A model generated the notes under the pieces. That model was given only the letters and a program-made list of their open reading frames with translations, did not search any database and had not been told where the DNA came from. A stretch of 64,000 nt of DNA from a virus: positions 40,787 through 104,786 of the IMG/VR virus record IMGVR_UViG_3300032249_000480; one strand, 5' to 3'. Of this stretch, positions 20,224 through 30,366 are shown in pieces. The translations under genes and the position numbers were made by a program. Each line of letters opens with the position of its first letter. The stretch's first letter is position 1.

Positions 20224-23200
20224 ATGTTTGAGAGTGATGAACTAAAAAATCATCTAGAAACTTCCAATACAATATCTGCTCAGTCTGCCATTGTTGCTGA
20301 ATGGAATATGAATGTTCCTGGAAATATCTATAAATTAGGAAATTATAGATACAGATCAACTAGTACACAATACAGTGTATTGCCAGATTTTTTTGACAAT
20401 AATGATTCTGGTAGTTTTTACACTGGAGCAACAGATTCAGATATTGTTGTTGACTATGGGTATGATGATGAAGATGTCCCACTTCTCTTTAGATCAAAAA
20501 AAACAAAGGAAAAGTTATATTACTCCTTAGAAGATTGCATTAAACCATTTAGACCAAGATCTGGAATTAATAAACTTTCGTATTTTAGTGGTAATTATAT
20601 ATCTTACCCTAATAAAGATATGTACACAAGGCCAAGATATTATATGCCACATAAAGATGATACCTTTAAATATTGGAGATCATACCGAACTGAGAGCGTT
20701 GTACCACCACCACTTAGTGAAACTAATGCTTTAATTCCAGTATCTATACAACAAAGTAATATTGAGTATGGTATTTCAAAAAATAGTAGTGATGGAAGAT
20801 ATTTAATTGAAGATGCAAATCCATTTGTTGTATATAAAGAAGAAGTTCCAGCAAACAGAATTGTTATAAAAGTACAAACAAATGTTGGATCATCTGATCT
20901 AGGTCCTTTTAAAAATACTGGTGGAACAACTTTTAACGATCCTTTTTATGGAAATTCAAATAAAACAACTCCTCAAAATTTTAAAATTCAATATCTAGAT
21001 ATTTATAATAAATGGCAAGATGCTTATTCATTTGATGAAGCGCCATTTATTGATGATTTACAAAGACCAACAATTCCTGATGATGGACATATTGAGTTGC
21101 AGTATGGTCTTGAAGTTCCAACAAGATATATTAATAATTTTGTTTTTAAAAGAATAGAGACATCAGTAAACGCATTGCCAAATATAAATATAATTGGCTC
21201 TGCTTATTTGATTGCAAACAATCCAACAGACCGTGGAACACTAGCAATTTATAATGGTTTTGGGTATGATTTTAGTATTCCAGTATATAAGTGGCAAGTT
21301 GGATCAGACTCAATAACAAGTAATAGTACCTTTGTTAATGATTTTACAAATCCATCATATTTTAGGGAATCAAGCAGTCTTGAAAGAACATATAGAGAAT
21401 TTGTTTGGGTAAAAGGAATAAGACTAGTTGTAACAACAATGAATAAGCCAGACATACCATTAGAGTTGATAGAAATGTCTCCAAGACTTATTGCAAATAT
21501 AACAAATAATGTTTTAGAATTTGAAATAACAAAAGTTTTGTCTGATCTTGGAAACTCAACATTACCAGTTGGACAAGTTATGCCTGGAAGTGGAACAATA
21601 TCTTTGTTTGATTCAGATCAATCTTTTGCTGAAACAAATATTTGGAATGGAGAATCTGGAAGTATTATTGCAAAGTATTTAAATAAAAACATAAAATTTA
21701 TATTTTTTGAAGTTATTAAAAATGTAAATGGAGCAGATTACTATGTTCCTATTAAAACATTGTATTCAACAAATATGCCACAAGTTGATCAAACAAATTC
21801 TAACATATCCATTGAATTAAGAGATTTTTATTTTCATTTTGAATTAACAAAAGCACCTCAAATATTTTTGCAAGAAGTATCATTAAGTCAGGCTATATGT
21901 ATACTTCTAGATTCTATAGGCTTTTCTAATTATATATTTAAAAGATTAAGCAATGCAAATGATCCAATAATTCCAAATTTTTTTATTGCTCCAGAACAAA
22001 GCACGGCAGAAGTATTAAACCAATTAGCAATTGCAACACAGTCGGCAATGTTTTTTGATGAATATAACAACTTTGTTGTAATGACTAAAGAATATGTTCT
22101 TGATAGTACTGGAGAAAGATCTGCAGATATAGTTTTGTATGGAAATAACAATTCTGGTAAATTAGAAAATATTATCTCCATATCATCTCAAGATAAAAAA
22201 GTTATTAATTCTGGAACAATAAATTATGTTGCTAGATATATTGCTAGAACATATGGAAGTTTTGCTCAATCTCAATATACAGATAAGTCATGGATATATA
22301 AGCCTTCTTTACTTTGGGAAGTTTCTGGATCATCTGCAACGACAACTCTTAATAATCAAACACAATCAAAATATGCTTTATCAGCAATGCCATTAAATAC
22401 AGATTTAACAAATAATATCCCAACTGTTTCTGGAAATGTTCTTATTAACAATAAAATTGATTTGGGTGAAAATGCATTTTGGATAACAAGGTTTAAAGGA
22501 ATGCTTTATGCAAATGGTGAAATCATTAAATATGATGCAGTTGAATATAATATAACTGGAACTGGAAATGTATGGATAAGCACTAGTCAAGAGTATCAAG
22601 ATTATTTTTCAAAACTACCATTTAACGGAAAAATTTATCCAACAGGATTAGTTAGAATTTATGCAGAGCCATACTATGAAACAATTAATGGATTTACAAA
22701 ATTAAAAAATGGTCCAGTAGTAAAGCATGGTCGTGGACAGTTTGGTACAGAGATTGTTGCACACAATGCTGGATTAAATCCATATTGGTATGACAATAAT
22801 TATGTACAAGGATGCGATATGGAATCACAGTACTTATATACTACAGAGATTCAGCCAACACTTCCAGCAACAGTGTCAACTGGCGCAGCAGGAGTAAATC
22901 AAACTCTTGCACAAAAATCAGAAAGAACTGGAATTATTAAAAACTTTATGTCTTCTAAATTTTTTAATGAAAGTGGTTTAAAATCTTTAACATCAGCAGC
23001 AGGAGGAACAATTCAGTCTTCTGCACTTGTAATAAATGGTCCAGGCTTTGGAACAAATGATGTTCCAAGAAACTTTATATCATATGTTTGGAAAAGCCTA
23101 GACAAACTTTATCCACATATTGGAACAAGAGTTAGAATTATTGGCAAAGTTGAAGCATTAGGAGATATGTCTCAAAGCCCAGTAGGAGCAATGACATACT

Positions 23201-24573
23201 TTAACCTTCCTGGAAGTGATCCAACACAGAGTGTAAGCATTGGTGGCGGTTCAGCGGGTATTTCATTAGTTGATCCAAAAACTAATATTGGATATTACTT
23301 TGAAATTGCAGCACTTACTACTGCAAATTTGCAAACATATTTAAAGATTGATTCAAAGACTGGCTTAAGTACTAATGCTATTAACAATATAATGTTTTAT
23401 AAAATTCAAAAAGAGCCGTCATCAAGCAAGGCAATTCCTGTATCTCTTTGGGGTGGCGTAGGAAACATTATTGTTGATGATGGCAACTTTGCTGGACAAT
23501 ATAGACTGGCAAATGAGGAAAATCCTTCAGTGTATGACTTATCTATGGAATATGTTGATGAAGGATCTAAAAGAATATTTTACTTATATATAAATGGAAA
23601 ATTAGTTAAAACTGTTATAGATTCAACTCCAATTACATTGATTAATCCATCAATAGGACTTTTTGTTAGAGGAACAACAAAAGCAATGTTTGAAAATATT
23701 TATGCACTTGGTAAAAATTATGCAACAAATGCAGTGTTTGATTTAGATGCACCAATTGCATCAGTTTTTGGTGATGATAATAATAGCGTAAATGCAATAG
23801 AAGCATTAAATAAATATGCAATTAGCGGTGTTATTCAAAAAACATATTTAACTGGAATTGGAACCACTAAAGGTATTCCATCTTATAATATTTATTTTGA
23901 AGAATTTGGAACAATTTTAAGAGAATGTGCATATTTTAATATAAAATATGATAGAGCATACCCAGCACTGTATGCAAGAATTGCACCCACATTAAATAGG
24001 CTTAAAGGTTATACAGTCTCTGGATTTACTGCAGATTCATATGGAGCAGAATTTTTAATTTTTAACAATACAGATACTATTTTAAATTTAGATGAGACTT
24101 CTGGTAATTTTTTAAGAATTCAGGGTGTAACATTTACTCAAGACACAACAAATACAATAACTATTGATGACTATTACAATAATAAAGGAAATGCATCAGA
24201 TCCAGAACTGCTAGGAAATAATTTAGTAACATCACCATTTAGGATTAATGAAGAGTATGACCAAATAAAATTAAGCAGAATACTATATGGCAAAAATGAA
24301 TTCTTTTTAGACAGTCAATATATTCAAGATTCAGACACTGCCAACGATTTACTTGGCTGGATAGCAAGTAAAAATTTAAAGCCTAAAAAGAACGTTGGTT
24401 TAGATATATTTTCAATACCAACATTGCAACTTGGAGATATTGTAAACTTATCATATAAAGAAAATGGTATTGATGCAATAACATCGGATAAAACAAATTT
24501 TGTAGTATATAATATTAACTATAAAAAATCTATTGATGGTCCAACCATGACTGTTTATTTGAGCGAGGTATAA
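20224..24573 (+). CDS. Large tail tip/hub protein
   Basis: 1449 aa after Dit; AMFFDEYNNFVV hub-like motif; C-terminal PTLQLGDIV. Confidence 0.7.
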   Translation: MFESDELKNHLETSNTISAQSAIVAEWNMNVPGNIYKLGNYRYRSTSTQYSVLPDFFDNNDSGSFYTGATDSDIVVDYGYDDEDVPLLFRSKKTKEKLYYSLEDCIKPFRPRSGINKLSYFSGNYISYPNKDMYTRPRYYMPHKDDTFKYWRSYRTESVVPPPLSETNALIPVSIQQSNIEYGISKNSSDGRYLIEDANPFVVYKEEVPANRIVIKVQTNVGSSDLGPFKNTGGTTFNDPFYGNSNKTTPQNFKIQYLDIYNKWQDAYSFDEAPFIDDLQRPTIPDDGHIELQYGLEVPTRYINNFVFKRIETSVNALPNINIIGSAYLIANNPTDRGTLAIYNGFGYDFSIPVYKWQVGSDSITSNSTFVNDFTNPSYFRESSSLERTYREFVWVKGIRLVVTTMNKPDIPLELIEMSPRLIANITNNVLEFEITKVLSDLGNSTLPVGQVMPGSGTISLFDSDQSFAETNIWNGESGSIIAKYLNKNIKFIFFEVIKNVNGADYYVPIKTLYSTNMPQVDQTNSNISIELRDFYFHFELTKAPQIFLQEVSLSQAICILLDSIGFSNYIFKRLSNANDPIIPNFFIAPEQSTAEVLNQLAIATQSAMFFDEYNNFVVMTKEYVLDSTGERSADIVLYGNNNSGKLENIISISSQDKKVINSGTINYVARYIARTYGSFAQSQYTDKSWIYKPSLLWEVSGSSATTTLNNQTQSKYALSAMPLNTDLTNNIPTVSGNVLINNKIDLGENAFWITRFKGMLYANGEIIKYDAVEYNITGTGNVWISTSQEYQDYFSKLPFNGKIYPTGLVRIYAEPYYETINGFTKLKNGPVVKHGRGQFGTEIVAHNAGLNPYWYDNNYVQGCDMESQYLYTTEIQPTLPATVSTGAAGVNQTLAQKSERTGIIKNFMSSKFFNESGLKSLTSAAGGTIQSSALVINGPGFGTNDVPRNFISYVWKSLDKLYPHIGTRVRIIGKVEALGDMSQSPVGAMTYFNLPGSDPTQSVSIGGGSAGISLVDPKTNIGYYFEIAALTTANLQTYLKIDSKTGLSTNAINNIMFYKIQKEPSSSKAIPVSLWGGVGNIIVDDGNFAGQYRLANEENPSVYDLSMEYVDEGSKRIFYLYINGKLVKTVIDSTPITLINPSIGLFVRGTTKAMFENIYALGKNYATNAVFDLDAPIASVFGDDNNSVNAIEALNKYAISGVIQKTYLTGIGTTKGIPSYNIYFEEFGTILRECAYFNIKYDRAYPALYARIAPTLNRLKGYTVSGFTADSYGAEFLIFNNTDTILNLDETSGNFLRIQGVTFTQDTTNTITIDDYYNNKGNASDPELLGNNLVTSPFRINEEYDQIKLSRILYGKNEFFLDSQYIQDSDTANDLLGWIASKNLKPKKNVGLDIFSIPTLQLGDIVNLSYKENGIDAITSDKTNFVVYNINYKKSIDGPTMTVYLSEV

Positions 24574-24576
24574 TAA

Positions 24577-25404
24577 ATGGCAACAGCAAAACCAGGTGAT
24601 ACCTTATCAGGTATTGCAAAAGCAAACGGAACAACAGTTGCACAAATATTAACTGACAATCCAAAACTTGCTGCTCGTGCAGCAGCAGGTGAAACTGTAT
24701 TATTTAGTGGAACAAATGTAAAAATTACAGCACCAAATACTGCAAGTAACCCGTATGGTGCAAATCAGTCTGGCAAGGGTGCAGGACTTGGAACAGCATC
24801 AGTTCCAATTTCTACTGTTAACAGTGTTTTGGGTTCTTCTAATACATCTAATACTACTTCAACAATTATACCTAAGCCAACACAACCAACACAGCCACCA
24901 GAGCCTCCACCAACAAATCCAATAGTTTATCCAACACCACCAAGCGCTCCGTCATCAACAAATACTACATCAACACCAGCAATTAAAACAGCCCCAATAG
25001 ATACAGTATTATTTAATGATGACTTAATAGACAGTCAACTATACTTAGATATATTATTTGAAAATGTTGGTGGTCAAGAACTTCTAGCAATTTCAAGATA
25101 TGATACTGTCAATGGTCAAAGTGTAAAATATCAACCAATTAAAAATCTAAAATTAATCCAACAAGAATATAATCCATTCAACCTAGTTAAACTGCAACAA
25201 ACATCTGTAAATATTTTTGATAACTTTTCTATAAAATTAAATGATAAAATCCCAACTTTAACAAATGATCCATCTGGAAATAATGCAAATGTTTGGGTAG
25301 ATGTAGATGGATCTATTGTGATAGAATTGATTAATATGCTTAATGATGAACAAGTTGAAGTTGAAATAGCGTATAATGGAACTATATATGAGGCAGGAAT
25401 ATAA
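24577..25404 (+). CDS. LysM-domain tail-associated protein with Pro/Thr linker
   Basis: N-terminal KPGDTLSGIAKANGTTVAQILTDNP is a LysM motif. Confidence 0.8.
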   Translation: MATAKPGDTLSGIAKANGTTVAQILTDNPKLAARAAAGETVLFSGTNVKITAPNTASNPYGANQSGKGAGLGTASVPISTVNSVLGSSNTSNTTSTIIPKPTQPTQPPEPPPTNPIVYPTPPSAPSSTNTTSTPAIKTAPIDTVLFNDDLIDSQLYLDILFENVGGQELLAISRYDTVNGQSVKYQPIKNLKLIQQEYNPFNLVKLQQTSVNIFDNFSIKLNDKIPTLTNDPSGNNANVWVDVDGSIVIELINMLNDEQVEVEIAYNGTIYEAGI

Positions 25405-26714
25405 TGATAACTAATATTGGCAAAGAAATTATTGCAAAGTACTTGATTGGAACTGCCCCTGCCTATGCATCATATCTTGCAGTTGGCTGTGGTGCTAAAC
25501 CAAGAACAAATACAAATTCAATTGCAAGCGTTTCATCTTCTGGATCAACTGTAACAGTTTCCAGCACATCATCATTATGGGTTGGTGCTAAAATAACAAT
25601 TTTAAGCGGTACTGGAACATTAAGCACAGTATCAGATACACTAGTTACAGCAATAACAAGCAGCACTCAGTTTACTGTAAGCCCTACGCCAACTGTTAAT
25701 CTTTCTAGTGCTACTATTTCAATAGAAGTTGATCCATCAAAACAGGTCTTAGATTTTGAAATGTTTAGGGTTCCAATTACTTCTACTGGATATGTCAATG
25801 ACGATGGAGTAAATAAACTTATTTTTACAGCAGAACTTCCAACTGAAGAAAGATACGAAATATCAGAAATAGGATTATTTTCTGCAGGATCAAATCCTTC
25901 TGCAACATCATACGATAGCAAAACAATAACTGCATTTACAGGAACTGAAGGCTGGAAATATAATGACGGTTCAACAATTTCAAATCCAACAGTTATTACA
26001 GAAAAAATAACAAATTCTTTAAATGTTATAACATCTGCTAGTTCTGCTATTCAAACAAACTCAAACAATTTAGGATTTATAGATGCTACACGTTCAGCAA
26101 GATATGAAAGATGCAGATATTTAAATAATATTTTAATGTTGAAAGGAAACACATCAAACCTTACATCATCTGGTGGAGTATTTTCTATAGGCTCTGGTGC
26201 AAAATTTTTACAATTAACTGGTCAAACGGTAGACCTTTCAAGAAACTCTACCGCAGATTTATTAAAAGTAGCATTTTCATTAGTTAATGTTGATGGTGCT
26301 TCATTAACACAACCAGATACTGTGCGTGTTTTGGTTGAGTTTTCTAATAGCGATGAAACTCAATATGCTAGATTAAATGCAGAAATGACAAACACCATTG
26401 GAGATTTTTCAACAAATAGATATTTTGTTATATCAAAACGACTTGATCAACTGTCTTATAGTACTGGGTCAACATTTTCTTGGAACAATGTTTCAAAAAT
26501 AAAAGTTTATGCAAGTGTATTGATAGGTTCAACACCATCAGCAAATTATTTTGTTGCTCTTGATGCACTTAGGCTTGATAATGTAGCAACTATCAATCCA
26601 CTTTATGGAATGACTGGATATTCTATTATACAAAATACAAATAAAGAAACAGTAATTAAATCTCCTAATACTAATAATTATATTGAATTTAGAGTCGTTA
26701 TGGATGTAACATAA
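25404..26714 (+). CDS. Tail fibre/baseplate-like structural protein
   Basis: MITNIGKEIIAKYL, YLAVGCG, ISEIGLF resemble fibre N-terminal attachment domains. Confidence 0.55.
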   Translation: MITNIGKEIIAKYLIGTAPAYASYLAVGCGAKPRTNTNSIASVSSSGSTVTVSSTSSLWVGAKITILSGTGTLSTVSDTLVTAITSSTQFTVSPTPTVNLSSATISIEVDPSKQVLDFEMFRVPITSTGYVNDDGVNKLIFTAELPTEERYEISEIGLFSAGSNPSATSYDSKTITAFTGTEGWKYNDGSTISNPTVITEKITNSLNVITSASSAIQTNSNNLGFIDATRSARYERCRYLNNILMLKGNTSNLTSSGGVFSIGSGAKFLQLTGQTVDLSRNSTADLLKVAFSLVNVDGASLTQPDTVRVLVEFSNSDETQYARLNAEMTNTIGDFSTNRYFVISKRLDQLSYSTGSTFSWNNVSKIKVYASVLIGSTPSANYFVALDALRLDNVATINPLYGMTGYSIIQNTNKETVIKSPNTNNYIEFRVVMDVT

Positions 26715-27136
26715 TGGCAGATGCTGGAATAAAACAAATAAGAATACCAAAAAATGAATTACCACCAGTTGATGAAAATAATTCATATACGCTTAGATAT
26801 AGAGTAGTGTCTGAAGATAAAAACAGATCGTCACATTATTCTCCAATGGCTACTGTAGAGACTGTAACAATTCAAACAGTACCTGGAACTCTTGTAAAAA
26901 ATGGAACATATTCAACAGCCATTTGGGATGATGCAAACAATAATCCCAAATATGATATATTTGTTAAATTTGATGGAGGCTCTTATGTTTATCATGGCAC
27001 TTCTCCAATTCACACATATTCATTTTTAAATACAGGAACTGTAAGTGTTAGAGTATTAGTGCAAATTGAAAGTATACTTAAGGTCAGAAATGCATATTTG
27101 ACAATATTTGAGTCATCTGTGGTATCTCTGGTATAA
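26714..27136 (+). CDS. Hypothetical tail-region protein
   Basis: TAATG-coupled, beta-rich. Confidence 0.55.
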   Translation: MADAGIKQIRIPKNELPPVDENNSYTLRYRVVSEDKNRSSHYSPMATVETVTIQTVPGTLVKNGTYSTAIWDDANNNPKYDIFVKFDGGSYVYHGTSPIHTYSFLNTGTVSVRVLVQIESILKVRNAYLTIFESSVVSLV

Positions 27137-27153
27137 TTAAATAGGAGAATAAA

Positions 27154-27597
27154 ATGGCAAAAGTACCTTTACCAGAACGTGGTCAACCTATTGATGTAGC
27201 ATACCTATATCAAATGGCTAATGGCATTAACCAATTGTCTGATCAAGTATCTAGTGCAACATATAATTATGCAACTATAGACACAGCGTCCGCTGGACCA
27301 CAAAATGTAAAAACATCTGAGATGAGAGTTGTAGGTGGATCAATTACTGTTCAAAATAACAGTACAGTTACAGCATCCTCAACAAAAACATTTACATATA
27401 CATTTGCTGGAGATTTTAAATATACACCAATTGTAACTGCAACCGCAGTAAACATTGGGAAAACTACAGCAGGAGAAAATGTATCTGTGGTAATTACAGA
27501 TATAACAAGATCAAGTGTGACTGGACTAGTTAGATTTAATACAAGTGGAGACTTGTCCACTGTTGTAAATTTAATAATTATAGGAATTCCAAATTAA
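27154..27597 (+). CDS. Minor tail protein (fibre-tip/lectin-like)
   Basis: FAGDFKYTPIVTAT...NLIIIG pattern; own promoter and SD. Confidence 0.5.
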   Translation: MAKVPLPERGQPIDVAYLYQMANGINQLSDQVSSATYNYATIDTASAGPQNVKTSEMRVVGGSITVQNNSTVTASSTKTFTYTFAGDFKYTPIVTATAVNIGKTTAGENVSVVITDITRSSVTGLVRFNTSGDLSTVVNLIIIGIPN

Positions 27598-27790
27598 AAA
27601 ATTAAAATGTTTAAAATGCAATGGAAGAATGTTTATAGATCGTCAATACACAACTGTTGACCATGTTGAAACATTTTGCATGATATGTGGATCAAGAAAT
27701 TTTTATCATCCACCAAGTGAAAGCAGTGAGGGAATATGGCTACTTACACAAGAAAGACTACGAGCAAAGAATATAATGATGCCTCTGTAA
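27593..27790 (+). CDS. Small zinc-ribbon protein (absent from ORF track; start uncertain)
   Basis: IKKLKCLKCNGRMFIDRQYTTVDHVETFCMICGSRNFYHPP...; two CxxC pairs; only ATT available upstream of the first CxxC. Confidence 0.55.
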   Translation: MKKLKCLKCNGRMFIDRQYTTVDHVETFCMICGSRNFYHPPSESSEGIWLLTQERLRAKNIMMPL

Positions 27791-28278
27791 TTAAGGGCAA
27801 TCAAAAAGTTTGGTTCCTTAATGGAGATTTGGTAAGAGTGCATCATTACAATAGGTCTAATGGACTTATTTCTGTTTATAACATAATTCAAGATAGAATT
27901 GAAACTTGTTTAATTAGTGATTTTAAACGTAATAGAGAAAAGGCATATACAGTTGGTGAGACTGCTAAATTAATTAATCGTCATAAAAAATATATGCCAA
28001 GTCTAATAAAACGAGGTGTTATACCTGGACCTATTGGTTCACAAAAAGGTGGTAAAACTGGATGGCAAGTAAGATCGTATTACTCTGAATCTCATGTAAA
28101 AGAGATACGTGATATACTTGCAAGTATACATATGGGTCAACCAAGAAAAGACGGTTTAGTTACAAATAATATTACTCCCAATAGCCAAGAGTTGACAAGG
28201 CGTATGGGAGAAGGTATACTTACATATACGAGAACAGAAGATGGAAGGTTTATTCCAGTTTGGAATGAGTCTATTTAA
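27736..28278 (+). CDS. MerR-like helix-turn-helix DNA-binding protein
   Basis: YTVGETAKLINRHKKYMPSLIKRGVIP...RSYYSESHV. Confidence 0.6.
   Translation: MATYTRKTTSKEYNDASVIKGNQKVWFLNGDLVRVHHYNRSNGLISVYNIIQDRIETCLISDFKRNREKAYTVGETAKLINRHKKYMPSLIKRGVIPGPIGSQKGGKTGWQVRSYYSESHVKEIRDILASIHMGQPRKDGLVTNNITPNSQELTRRMGEGILTYTRTEDGRFIPVWNESI
28192..28220 (+). promoter_or_regulatory. Consensus sigma70/SigA promoter inside a CDS, facing the replication operon
   Basis: TTGACA-17 nt-TATACT. Confidence 0.7.
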
Positions 28279-28293
28279 TAGAATGGGTGGAAA

Positions 28294-28503
28294 ATGGAAA
28301 ACGATTCAACTAAGGTATCAGTAACACTTGGATACACGCTTAACCTTGGAAATTTTCAATCGCTAAGACTTGATCTTGGTGTTGTAGATTCTAAGCGAGA
28401 TGGAGAAAATACAGATCAGGCTTTTGATCGTGTATATAAGTTTGTTGAAGATAAACTAACTTCAAAAATAAAAGAAGCACAGTCAGAGGCTGCTGAAGGA
28501 TAA
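28294..28503 (+). CDS. Hypothetical protein
   Basis: Compact ORF, TAATG-coupled to the next gene. Confidence 0.7.
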   Translation: MENDSTKVSVTLGYTLNLGNFQSLRLDLGVVDSKRDGENTDQAFDRVYKFVEDKLTSKIKEAQSEAAEG

Positions 28504-28814
28504 TGGCAGACCGCAAAGACCGAATGGCTTTGCTTAGTCGCTACAGCAAGTTTTATACTGCAAAGTATGAGCAAAAGCCATCTTTAAATTTAAATGTAGA
28601 GCAATGGTCTGCTGATGCCCTTATTGAGTCATATGGAATTAGTCAATGCTATGATCTTTTAGAATATTATTTTAGCGTTGCACCTTCACCAACATGGAAC
28701 TATTTTGCATATAACGCAGAAAAAATATTGCAGGCAATTAAAGATAAGAAACAAGATAATGAAGAAAGAGCACAACGCAGGATTATGGCAAGGGAATGGT
28801 TAAAGAGTGAATAA
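28503..28814 (+). CDS. Hypothetical protein upstream of helicase
   Basis: Overlaps helicase start. Confidence 0.65.
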   Translation: MADRKDRMALLSRYSKFYTAKYEQKPSLNLNVEQWSADALIESYGISQCYDLLEYYFSVAPSPTWNYFAYNAEKILQAIKDKKQDNEERAQRRIMAREWLKSE

Positions 28815-30033
28815 TACAGAAGCAAAATTACTTTCAGCAGTATTGGAAGACAAGCAGATCCATGTTTTGCTTCAAGCGAATGTAGACAACCTTCTCAGAA
28901 CTCATAGTGACATATGGCAGTTTATTCGTAACTATTCAGAACATAATGCAGCATTACCACCTACATCTTTAGTTGTTGAAAAATTTAGAGACTTTGAACC
29001 AATTAAAGGTATAGGATCAACAAAGCATCACCTTGAAGAATTACAAACAGAATATTTAAATGATAGTCTTAAGGATATTATTAGAAGTGCAGCATCTGAT
29101 ATTCAACTTGGTCAAGGTGGACAAGCACTTGAATCTTTAATTCAAAAAACATCTGAACTAAAAAAGAATACATCAATGATTCGTGATATTGATGTAACAG
29201 ATCTTGAATCTGCCCTTGCTTATTATGAAAATGTAAAAGAACAGCAGGCTTTAGGTCATCGTGGAATTAAAACTGGTCTTCCAGGATTTGATAACTATTT
29301 ACCTTCTGGAATTATGCCAGGCCAATTAGGAGTGTTTCTTGCATATCCAGGTATTGGAAAATCATGGCTTGCTCTTTACTTTGCTGTACAGGCTTGGAAG
29401 CAGGGAAAGTCTCCACTTATTATTTCTCTTGAAATGAGTGAAACAGAAGTTCGCAACCGTGTATTTACAATTATGGGTGAAGGTCTTTGGTCTCACAGAA
29501 AATTATCTAATGGTGAAGTTGAATTAGATATGCTGAAAAAATGGCATGCTGATAAACTTGAAGGAAAGCCTGAGTTTCATATTATTTCAAGTGACCAAGG
29601 AGGAGAAGTAACTCCATCAGTATTGCGTGGAAAGATTGATCAATACAAACCAGATTTTGTTATTGTAGATTATTTACAACTTATGAGTCCAAATCAAAAG
29701 TCAGATAATGAAACGGTACGAATGAAAAATCTTTCAAGAGAACTTAAACTTATGGCTATTGGTGAAGAAGTTCCTATTATTGCTATTTCATCTGCAACAC
29801 CTGATGATGTTAATGATTTAAGTAGTGTTCCAACACTTGGTCAAACTGCATGGTCAAGACAGATTGCTTATGATGCTGACTGGGTTATGGCTTTAGGTCG
29901 TGCTACTAATAGTGATATCATTGAATGTGCATTTCGTAAAAACCGTAATGGTTTTATGGGAGACTTTTTAGTTCAATGTGATTTTGATAGAGGATATTAT
30001 CGCTACAAAGATTATGAAGATAAGCAGGTATAA
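28807..30033 (+). CDS. dnaB: Replicative DNA helicase (DnaB family)
   Basis: Walker A AYPGIGKS, SLEMS, IVDYLQLM, IAYDAD, KNRNG. Confidence 0.93.
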   Translation: MNNTEAKLLSAVLEDKQIHVLLQANVDNLLRTHSDIWQFIRNYSEHNAALPPTSLVVEKFRDFEPIKGIGSTKHHLEELQTEYLNDSLKDIIRSAASDIQLGQGGQALESLIQKTSELKKNTSMIRDIDVTDLESALAYYENVKEQQALGHRGIKTGLPGFDNYLPSGIMPGQLGVFLAYPGIGKSWLALYFAVQAWKQGKSPLIISLEMSETEVRNRVFTIMGEGLWSHRKLSNGEVELDMLKKWHADKLEGKPEFHIISSDQGGEVTPSVLRGKIDQYKPDFVIVDYLQLMSPNQKSDNETVRMKNLSRELKLMAIGEEVPIIAISSATPDDVNDLSSVPTLGQTAWSRQIAYDADWVMALGRATNSDIIECAFRKNRNGFMGDFLVQCDFDRGYYRYKDYEDKQV

Positions 30034-30039
30034 TATAAT

Positions 30040-30366
30040 GTGCACAATTATCATCATAAACCAATTAAAAAATTTAATCTAAATGGATTAATTTATGATG
30101 AAGCAGCAACACCAAGACTAAAAAATGAATATATAAGATTAGTTTTATCGCAAATGAAACTTTTAGGATATGTGCCAAGGTTTGACATAAATCCTGATTT
30201 TACGGTAGACTATAATGAGAAGAAGCAACACTTTGAGTTTAAACTCTCAGTTTATGGAATCTATATAGGAAAGAAGCAAACAGAATGTATACAAGGGATA
30301 GAAGGCAACAAGGTGATATATACACCGCCGAACAAGTTAAAAGAGTCCTCAACGGCTCAGGCATAG
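30040..30366 (+). CDS. Hypothetical protein
   Basis: GTG 5 nt after a TATAAT box; overlaps primase start. Confidence 0.6.
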   Translation: MHNYHHKPIKKFNLNGLIYDEAATPRLKNEYIRLVLSQMKLLGYVPRFDINPDFTVDYNEKKQHFEFKLSVYGIYIGKKQTECIQGIEGNKVIYTPPNKLKESSTAQA

